From the NCBI GenBank assembly GCA_002269645.1, contig NIVC01005237.1:1-19149 (forward strand): DNA of 19,149 nt, written 5' to 3'. Below the pieces are notes generated by a model. It saw only the letters and a program-made list of their open reading frames with translations. It did no database searches and was not told the origin of the DNA. Made by a program: the position numbers and the translations under genes. Source of the stretch: Macrostomum lignano (lineage: Eukaryota). Positions 10,786-17,166 of this stretch are shown here, piece after piece; position 1 is the stretch's first letter, and every line of letters begins with the position of its first letter.

Positions 10786-11911
10786 GCTTCTTTTCGCGGA
10801 TGTTAACGCTCAAGACGGTCTTGCCCCTCATTACTTTTGTCATATCCCTGCCCATATCATCGTTAATTTGTACTTCAATAGTTTTGAATGGGTGCTTAAC
10901 CAGCGGTAGATATGCCGGATTGACAAACTCGTAGTACTCGCGACCGCCCTGAACTTTGGGATCCATCGGTATAGCTCCCAACAGAGGAACTTTAACGTCT
11001 CCTACAATAACAGAATCGACTATGCTCGAATAGATGTACATTGTTTGTATTCCACCGGTTAATTCCATTGATGCGTTTGCGTAGAAATCCGATATACCGA
11101 AAAATGGGGTTGTATAATCATGCTCTGGGAAACCAAGCACGCTGGTCAAGCGCCCCAACCCAAACATGTAATCCACCGAGCCGATGTAATAACACCTATT
11201 CGTAACTTCGCTGTATCCGAAAAAGTCCTTTCTAGGTGCTGGAGCCGCTATGAGATCTTTGATCCGTTTCCAAATTAAATCGTTGAGTTCCTCCACCAAT
11301 CTTTTAGGTGTACTATAGTATCCACCCTGCATAAAATAGATTTGATCAGACGCTGCGCTAGTAACTTGTCTTATTATTGGAGCGTGGTCCATTGACTGTA
11401 CAGTCGGTTCCTCAACAACTGCGGTGATGGAGGCTGCACACCCCGCGTGTAATACGAGTTCAGTAGGTAGATCCTCATTAGACTCGAAGCCGGCGACTAG
11501 TTTAAACACCTTGGGTAGGGCATCCGGGAATTTGATGCCGACGGTGGATTTTGAAGTATTCACAATCATAAAGGCGGTTGGGGATGTTCTTAAAAAGACA
11601 ATTTTCTTATTATCCCCTTCAACGTATCGGATACCGTTTAGAAAGCCGGAAATACATTCTTCAGGGGTTTTCAGACCCGCTGCGAGACAAAGGCTTGCAA
11701 ACGACGAAGCCGTCAAGAGGCCCTCCTGTTCGCGAATGGTGATCGGTATAGATTTTTTGAAAGATTCAAATTCTTTGGTAAAGTAGATCCGTTCGAGGCA
11801 AACCTCATGATTCGGAAAGTGGAGAGTGTCCGGTAAATTAATAAAATAATGAGCCGGATTATTTTCGGGATAGTGCTCGGGGCACGCATTGCTAGGCAGA
11901 AAGAGATGCAT
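10781..11911 (-). CDS. Minor capsid protein (penton), 376 aa from ATG 11911
   Basis: HLFLPSN..YPENNPAHYFINLP, GGYYST..LVEELN, YIYSSIV..VIVGDVKVPLL and IEVQINDDMG match Polinton penton blocks. Strong Kozak context GCTACCATG. Confidence 0.88.
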   Translation of the reverse strand: MHLFLPSNACPEHYPENNPAHYFINLPDTLHFPNHEVCLERIYFTKEFESFKKSIPITIREQEGLLTASSFASLCLAAGLKTPEECISGFLNGIRYVEGDNKKIVFLRTSPTAFMIVNTSKSTVGIKFPDALPKVFKLVAGFESNEDLPTELVLHAGCAASITAVVEEPTVQSMDHAPIIRQVTSAASDQIYFMQGGYYSTPKRLVEELNDLIWKRIKDLIAAPAPRKDFFGYSEVTNRCYYIGSVDYMFGLGRLTSVLGFPEHDYTTPFFGISDFYANASMELTGGIQTMYIYSSIVDSVIVGDVKVPLLGAIPMDPKVQGGREYYEFVNPAYLPLVKHPFKTIEVQINDDMGRDMTKVMRGKTVLSVNIREKKL

Positions 11912-11923
11912 GGTAGCCACGCA

Positions 11924-13003
11924 TTAGTTATTATTACGTTGACGTATATTTATAACTTCATTTACAGGTACAAATGAATTAAAAGTGTCGGGATAACCGC
12001 GCCAGCTAACGTAATGGTGCGCAACACCATTTATTAACACGTTTCTACGCAAAACTTTATTGATTACAAAACGCTCGGGTCGGGTAGATTTGGACAGTTC
12101 ATTGTAGTAAAACCGTCCCTCAATCACTTCACCAGACAAATCAGAAATACGATAAAAATGTGGGGGTCCAGGGCAAACTTTGGATATAATGTACACCTCC
12201 TCACTATACATGTCGTATGCCTCCTTGTCGAATGCCCTGCGAGATTTCGAAATTCTCACAAAATCCCCCTTTTTATATACGGGGTCGTCTTTTTGCTGAT
12301 CCGGGTAGAGCTTTTCCCACACACGCTTCTGATTGTGGAACCCTACACTTGACGGTTTCATCTCAATAGTAGAATGCGTCGTGTTGTTGTAATTGCCTAT
12401 CAAATTAGGTAAGTAGTCAACCCAACGCCACGTGTTGTTGTGCTCAAAGTAGCGAGCCAGACGCTTTCGAAGAGTTCTAATCAGCCTCTCGGCCATGTTT
12501 GCCTTGTACACAGAGTTGGTGCTGTACATTTTAACATTATTGTCTTTTAGTATGCGGCGCATTCGCTGATTATAAAACTCGGTACCCCGATCCACGTGAA
12601 GGTAAAGGGGGCGGGCAGGGAAATCATTCGCCAACATTGACTCAAACGCTGCGGGGGTATCACTCTTTAGTTTAATTGCCCTACAAAAAGCCTGCTTACT
12701 AAGCACATCAATAATAACTAGTATATATTTATGTCCGTCATTCCAACGTTTGTATCGCGACATGTCCATCAAATCGGCTTGTAGAGTTTCCATGAATCCT
12801 CCCGACATTACTTTTCCCGTTTTAAATGTCCTGTTGACTCTCCGGTGACGGGTGTAACTCGGTTGGGTTTCTAGCCATTCCCTGGTTTGGCGTCTTGTCA
12901 GGTTTGGCGCCAGACGTTTGGCCTCCTGATAGACACGGGCAGCATTTGAAAAAGCGGCGGCTCCTTGTTCGTAAACTCGACGAAGAGCGGTTAGAGCCCT
13001 CAT
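11924..13003 (-). CDS. Retroviral-like (RVE, DDE) integrase with C-terminal chromodomain, 359 aa from ATG 13003
   Basis: QADLMD (D), HVDRGTEF (D), AERLIRT (E), YNNTTHSTI, and chromodomain-like YVSWRGYPDTFNSFVP. Confidence 0.95.
   Translation of the reverse strand: MRALTALRRVYEQGAAAFSNAARVYQEAKRLAPNLTRRQTREWLETQPSYTRHRRVNRTFKTGKVMSGGFMETLQADLMDMSRYKRWNDGHKYILVIIDVLSKQAFCRAIKLKSDTPAAFESMLANDFPARPLYLHVDRGTEFYNQRMRRILKDNNVKMYSTNSVYKANMAERLIRTLRKRLARYFEHNNTWRWVDYLPNLIGNYNNTTHSTIEMKPSSVGFHNQKRVWEKLYPDQQKDDPVYKKGDFVRISKSRRAFDKEAYDMYSEEVYIISKVCPGPPHFYRISDLSGEVIEGRFYYNELSKSTRPERFVINKVLRRNVLINGVAHHYVSWRGYPDTFNSFVPVNEVINIRQRNNN
11947..11954 (-). promoter_or_regulatory. TATAAATA motif upstream of the penton gene, inside the integrase 3' end
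   Basis: 35 nt before ATG 11911. Confidence 0.65.
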
Positions 13004-13100
13004 TGACAACAAGTGTGGATGCACAGCATGAATAGTTGCACGTAATGTCGGCTGGGGAGTTGTCTACACAAAGCTTTGACGCGGCTGCTGCTGCGCCCAT
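12822..13100 (-). CDS. Small MG-start, Cys-rich ORF (92 aa) upstream of and overlapping the integrase in another frame
   Basis: First ATG after the TATAAATA at 13137-13144; Kozak G-3/G+4; sequence MGAAAAASKLC..YSCC..KCCPCLSGG. Confidence 0.45.
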   Translation of the reverse strand: MGAAAAASKLCVDNSPADITCNYSCCASTLVVNEGSNRSSSSLRTRSRRFFKCCPCLSGGQTSGAKPDKTPNQGMARNPTELHPSPESQQDI

Positions 13101-13135
13101 GACCGCCGGCGCGCGGTTATGTTTGGACTAGGGTT

Positions 13136-13762
13136 CTATTTATAAAGAGTCACGTATTTTTTCTTTTTCTCGGGTGGTCTTAGTTGGTAATCGTGATATT
13201 TACCCACCCCGGTACCTCGATCGACAAGTTTGGGCATAGCATTTACACCTTTGTTGCGCGTGGTCGTTAAATCGCGGGTGTCTGTCGCAATTGTGTGCTC
13301 ATATTCATCGCGGTAATCGTCGGTACCAACCATATGGTCAACCTTCTTTTCCTCCACAGGGAGCTGTTTCCGACCGAGCATAGACATTGGTATACGGGCC
13401 TTGTCTAGCAGAGCCCAGAAAGCGGTTGAATATTTCGGGTGATTATTAGTGTTGGTGGTGACGGCTTGTAGAAGATCAAAAACGTTGCTGCCACCCCAAG
13501 TTTCACCATCAAAAACGACTTCCCACGATTGGTTGTAATTTAGGCTGGGGTGCTTTTCTGTTAGTATATTCCATATACGTTGTTGCCTATCAGAAAATAG
13601 CTGCTTTGTCGTCTTTTGGGGTTTTACTTTAGCCAATTGGGTCTGTAGCTTTGCATTGTACTCTACAAGTTTTTCGTACTCCGATTTTGGGGCAATTTCT
13701 CGCGGAGTACCCTGTCTAAGCTGATTGAATTCCTCCTCGGGGACCACAACGTACTTGTCCAT
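13136..13762 (-). CDS. Conserved Polinton hypothetical protein, 208 aa from ATG 13762
   Basis: WEVVFDGETWGGSNVFDLL resembles a block seen in an uncharacterised Polinton/adintovirus core gene; basic C-terminus. Confidence 0.6.
   Translation of the reverse strand: MDKYVVVPEEEFNQLRQGTPREIAPKSEYEKLVEYNAKLQTQLAKVKPQKTTKQLFSDRQQRIWNILTEKHPSLNYNQSWEVVFDGETWGGSNVFDLLQAVTTNTNNHPKYSTAFWALLDKARIPMSMLGRKQLPVEEKKVDHMVGTDDYRDEYEHTIATDTRDLTTTRNKGVNAMPKLVDRGTGVGKYHDYQLRPPEKKKKYVTLYK
13137..13144 (-). promoter_or_regulatory. TATAAATA motif upstream of the MG-uORF/integrase
   Basis: 36 nt before ATG 13100; overlaps the stop codon of the upstream ORF. Confidence 0.65.
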
Positions 13763-13764
13763 TT

Positions 13765-14127
13765 TCAACGTCGTTGTCCTAGCAGACCACCAAACAGTCC
13801 AGTGATTAACGGTGCAGCAATCTTGGCGAGAATTGGTAGGAATCCTCCAACTTGAGGGTCCGATAGTATCATATTCTTCTTCCTATTTATAGACAGTTTT
13901 TTGTCGGCCATGTCATGCAGGGCTTCTCTATAACGTTTCAACCTTGCAAACTGTCTAGGGGATAGATCGATATTGCCCTTGAGTACATTGTGGCTTAACT
14001 CGCACAGACACTGCATCAACTCATTATCGGCTCCCCTAATAATGGCCCTCCTTCGATGTGGTCGCGCGTCACCGAGCTCCTCTAGCTCGCGACGGCAAGA
14101 ACAAAGACGAGAAATTCCGTTTGTCAT
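13765..14127 (-). CDS. Adenovirus pX-like virion protein with C-terminal amphipathic peptide, 120 aa (alternative starts 14145 or 14154)
   Basis: LMQCLCELSHNVLKGNIDLS..LKRY block and QVGG|FLPILAKIAAPLITGLFG, which resembles adenoviral pX GG|(F/I)LP. Confidence 0.75.
   Translation of the reverse strand: MTNGISRLCSCRRELEELGDARPHRRRAIIRGADNELMQCLCELSHNVLKGNIDLSPRQFARLKRYREALHDMADKKLSINRKKNMILSDPQVGGFLPILAKIAAPLITGLFGGLLGQRR
13884..13891 (-). promoter_or_regulatory. TATAAATA motif inside the pX-like ORF, upstream of the 13762 gene
   Basis: Exact 8-mer; 121 nt before ATG 13762, longer than the other copies. Confidence 0.45.
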
Positions 14128-14172
14128 TATTAAGGTGGTAAGCATTGCGTGCATACATGTGCATATTTTGTT

Positions 14173-14180
14173 TATTTATA
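14173..14180 (-). promoter_or_regulatory. TATAAATA motif upstream of the pX-like gene
   Basis: Intergenic; 45 nt before ATG 14127; extends to AATAAA. Confidence 0.65.
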
Positions 14181-14192
14181 AGCAAAGCATAA

Positions 14193-14711
14193 TTAGAGTT
14201 GCAGAATAGCAGTCACGTGGTCGTACATTTTACACAGTTCGTCATAGTTTCGTATTCCTAGGAACACTAACCGACCATTCTTTCCGCACAGCAGGCACTT
14301 GGCCTTGCGGAATGGGGACTTTATTACAAGCCCATTGAATACCTCACTCTCCCACTCAACCCAGCGCGAGCTCGAGTTGGCAAGGCGGAAAAAGTTTGGC
14401 TTAACATTAACTTCTGCACGATAAGTACCGGTAGTGATAACAACAGAGTTTGGTTTACATTGAGCAAAAAGACGCAGCACATCGTTGGTTGATTGGCAAC
14501 CAAAAACAATGGCAGATAATGAACGTTTGAAAAAGTTTATTGTACACTTTCCGATCCTCAGGTTGTACAATGCCCGGGGTCTATGAAACGTTCTAGCGCG
14601 CGCCCAGTCCAAGTTCGGTAGGTGGTTCCACCTTGCGCAAAACACCCTGTTTACGCACACGACGTTCTGCAAGCGGTTTTTTCGGTTGCTTTTGTTTCCG
14701 CTCAGCTCCAC
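14193..14711 (-). CDS. TATA-binding-protein (TBP)-like protein, ~160-aa two-repeat core; no in-frame AUG
   Basis: By-eye match to the eukaryotic TBP core: LQNVV~LQNIV, TINFFKRSLSAIVFGCQS~TALIFSSGKMVCTGAKS, WESEVFNGLVIK~YEPELFPGLIYR, NGRLVFLGIR~SGKVVLTGAK, ELCKMYDHVTAIL~EIYEAFENIYPIL. Order and spacing are preserved. Confidence 0.75.
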   Translation of the reverse strand: MELSGNKSNRKNRLQNVVCVNRVFCARWNHLPNLDWARARTFHRPRALYNLRIGKCTINFFKRSLSAIVFGCQSTNDVLRLFAQCKPNSVVITTGTYRAEVNVKPNFFRLANSSSRWVEWESEVFNGLVIKSPFRKAKCLLCGKNGRLVFLGIRNYDELCKMYDHVTAILQL

Positions 14712-15273
14712 CAGCTCCGCGCTTGCGTCCTACCTTGATTTTTAACGGTGGAATCCAGTAGCAGCGGTCAAACGCCTGCTTGGGAGCTTCTATGAATTGC
14801 AGTTGTTGAATTTTCGGCACCGCGGTTAGAACCGAGTCGTGAATCACCGCCGTGTCTAGGGCGAACAGTACTCTATAGTAGCCCGTCTTGTTCTTGTAGT
14901 CGGTGCACAACTTGCCGCTCTTGTCGTACATTTTAAAGTCGTGAGCCAATCCGAATGCAGCGCTGTCGCAGCCAAAAGTGGGGTTGTACCCCAATAGCGC
15001 CATTCCTTGGATAGAGAGCTGGTGACACACGGAATTGAACGCTTCTGGTATGCAGCTCTCCAAGTGCTTTTGGGAAAGAATGATGAATTCGCGGCCTTCA
15101 TTGTCGGTTCTCACACCCTTGACAATCAGTACGGGCGTCGCATTGGCAAGATAGAGAGGGCCCTGTTCGTCGTACTCAATGTCGTACGTCTCGGTTCCGT
15201 TGTAGCTTGGACCTCTCGACTTGAGAGAGAATAGGTCGATCCTAACACTATTGTAGTCTTGAACGGTATCCAT
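14593..15273 (-). CDS. Putative OB-fold ssDNA-binding protein with basic NLS-like tail, 226 aa from ATG 15273
   Basis: FKMYDKSG..YYRVLFALDTAVI..AVPKIQQLQF resembles the C-terminal strands of viral SSB (DUF2738/T7 gp2.5-like) families; tail KVGRKR..KQKQPKK. Weak by-eye assignment. Confidence 0.4.
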   Translation of the reverse strand: MDTVQDYNSVRIDLFSLKSRGPSYNGTETYDIEYDEQGPLYLANATPVLIVKGVRTDNEGREFIILSQKHLESCIPEAFNSVCHQLSIQGMALLGYNPTFGCDSAAFGLAHDFKMYDKSGKLCTDYKNKTGYYRVLFALDTAVIHDSVLTAVPKIQQLQFIEAPKQAFDRCYWIPPLKIKVGRKRGAGGAERKQKQPKKPLAERRVRKQGVLRKVEPPTELGLGAR

Positions 15274-15317
15274 GTTGCTGCTGCTGCTGAGAGTGGGTCT
15301 CGCTCCTGAGCGCCTCC

Positions 15318-15325
15318 TTATATAC
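15318..15325 (-). promoter_or_regulatory. TATA box (GTATATAA) upstream of the SSB-like/TBP-like unit
   Basis: Intergenic, 44 nt before ATG 15273; differs from the TATAAATA of the other genes. Confidence 0.55.
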
Positions 15326-15361
15326 CCTTGGCGCGGAGGGTGGGGTGGCTGGGCGTTTTTG

Positions 15362-15877
15362 TTATAGTCCTTCTTTAACGACACTTTCCGGTGTTGGAAA
15401 TCCGGAAAAAATAAACCTTTTGTTTCGATCTTCTGGTCGAGGGGTTTGAGGCGTGTCGTGAATGCAGCTGCAGTGAGGGTTGATAGTCAACTTCGCTAGC
15501 ACTGGTCTACTGTGTTTAGGTCGCCAAATCCTTTGGTGTTCCGTCCACGAGGGAGCAATCGGCTGGTGATTCCGGTACCGTATTTTCTCACGATGATCCT
15601 CTTGTAATATTGGGGCAATTATCTGCTCCATTCTTTGAAGATTGGCTTTGAAATGCATCTTGTCTCTAAAGTAGTAGTCAATTCGGGCATCTGTATATTC
15701 TTGGGTGCTGTAAGGCCCTTGCCCAATTTCGTCTACCTCGACATTAAAGGTGACTAATCGTTCGGGAATTGGTTTGCCGTGACAAATGCATAACCAGTCT
15801 GTGGACTTTTTCAGGGTCTCGTACTCTGCCCTTTCTTTGCTCGATAAAAGCGGGTAGTCTCGAGAAATCCAGCTCAT
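15362..15877 (-). CDS. Orphan hypothetical protein, 171 aa
   Basis: ATG-started ORF that fills the gap; ATGA overlap with the upstream stop; no recognised motif. Confidence 0.65.
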   Translation of the reverse strand: MSWISRDYPLLSSKERAEYETLKKSTDWLCICHGKPIPERLVTFNVEVDEIGQGPYSTQEYTDARIDYYFRDKMHFKANLQRMEQIIAPILQEDHREKIRYRNHQPIAPSWTEHQRIWRPKHSRPVLAKLTINPHCSCIHDTPQTPRPEDRNKRFIFSGFPTPESVVKEGL

Positions 15878-16227
15878 TCCTCTGACTCGTCAGATTCGTC
15901 GAGAAAGAAATAGTGGAAGAAATTGTCGACTCTATTCTTTTCAACTGCACAAAGTATTTTGTCTGACAGGTGAAATTCGCAGTCTCCTTTTACGTACAGG
16001 CGCTTCCCGTCGATAACTTTGATAGATGCGCCGCCTCCGAGATCGTAATCTGTGCAGCTAGTGCCCAGAAATTTCATTCGATGCCATTGTGCTCGACTAA
16101 ACACGGCTCCTGGACAGCTACAGTTTTGACAGTGGATGCGGAAACGCGGCTTGTTTGGGTCCCAATATCCCACTTCCAGCACTGCGTTGTCAACGTGGGT
16201 GTACACTATTTCCGATTGCCAGTACAT
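15874..16227 (-). CDS. PC4 (transcriptional coactivator p15/ssDNA-binding)-like protein, 117 aa from ATG 16227
   Basis: EVGYW..RFRIH..GAVFSRAQWHRMK resembles PC4 GISL..EQW..LK; YDLGGGASIKV may be a second degenerate repeat; acidic tail. Confidence 0.4.
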   Translation of the reverse strand: MYWQSEIVYTHVDNAVLEVGYWDPNKPRFRIHCQNCSCPGAVFSRAQWHRMKFLGTSCTDYDLGGGASIKVIDGKRLYVKGDCEFHLSDKILCAVEKNRVDNFFHYFFLDESDESEE

Positions 16228-16258
16228 TTCGATATTGTTGAGAAATACCAATTTTATT

Positions 16259-16266
16259 TATTTATA
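16259..16266 (-). promoter_or_regulatory. TATAAATA motif upstream of the PC4-like gene
   Basis: 31 nt before ATG 16227; contains the Fic stop codon and AATAAA. Confidence 0.65.
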
Positions 16267-17040
16267 GGCTGCCGTCTGAACAGATTTCCAACCATTCCCT
16301 CCACTGTAGAACGGTTCTCTCAATTGATAAAAGTAAATACGCCGCTAGGAGCCCCCGGTTGCTGCTGCGCGCTTCGTAAAGACAGTTGAGATATGTGTCT
16401 CTATTTGCATACGCAAATGATACGGGTTCTGGCAGAATCCGGTTGATCAACTTTGATAATAACAACCTAGCAGTTCTACCATTGCCGTCGCTAAAGGGGT
16501 GTATGGTGAGAAACTTTTCTAGGAAATATGCTCCTGTCACTACTGCATCACGCAAGATTTGTGGCTCTTTTATGTCTCTAGTTAATTTTACCAGCTGCCG
16601 TTCAATATTTTCTGGGGCACTGTAATACATACTCGCGCCTGCTGGCTTGGCGTGCTTAATTCTATACGATCCTGCATTCGGGAGCAGTCCTCTGCACACG
16701 CGTGTGTGAACTTGTCTAACAAACTCTGTGTCAATTAACCCCCTCGTGTCATTGAGGTGTATTGCCGCACTCCATAGATTGGCTGTGACCATACAGGACC
16801 GGTTTTTATCGCTTCTTCTGCTTCCTCCCAAGTCAACGCCACCTCTCTCTCCTCAATGTTTACTTCAGTTACGAATGCCAGCCGGGCTAGATACGTGAAT
16901 TCTAAGCGCTCCTTTGCGGTCAATCCCTCGATTCTTTTCCTAGTGTCTGATAACAATCTTTCAATGAGGGGTAATCTGGCGCGCACGCTCTCGTTGCTGA
17001 AATAGGGGTTATCAGTTATACCCTCTTCCATGTTCTCCAT
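16262..17040 (-). CDS. Fic/Fido-domain protein (putative AMP-transferase), ~259 aa, split by one missing A at 16803-16807
   Basis: Complete signature HPFSDGNGRTAR, plus VHTRV..GSYR. The N-terminal half (NIEEREVALTWEEAEEAIK, resembling AIEGNTLT..ET) lies in the overlapping ORF 16735-17058. Confidence 0.9.
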
Positions 17041-17166
17041 ACAGAGGGTTTTGTACACTGCTTCTATTTATGGTTGCATTAACACGTTGCTCGCGGCCTG
17101 TCTGTCCCTCTGCAGCCTGGGGGGCTCTCTATCACTCACCGCCGGTCTGTCCCTCTACCACCCCGG

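Noticed and set aside
9375-16625. Plus-strand ORFs antisense to viral genes (for example 10110-10400, 11424-11786, 15970-16389)
   Set aside because: Antisense shadows of coding sequence with no motifs; all recognisable genes and promoter motifs are on the minus strand.
16262-17040. Bacterial contamination suggested by the Fic gene
   Set aside because: The gene lies inside the TIR-bounded element, shares its promoter/poly(A) motif, and the element is flanked by spliced eukaryotic genes.
8613-17058. GTG/TTG starts given by the ORF track (8637, 11920, 13768, 15384, 16251, 17058) and the non-ATG 13024 start
   Set aside because: In a eukaryotic context the downstream in-frame ATGs fit the conserved N-termini and the TATA spacing better.
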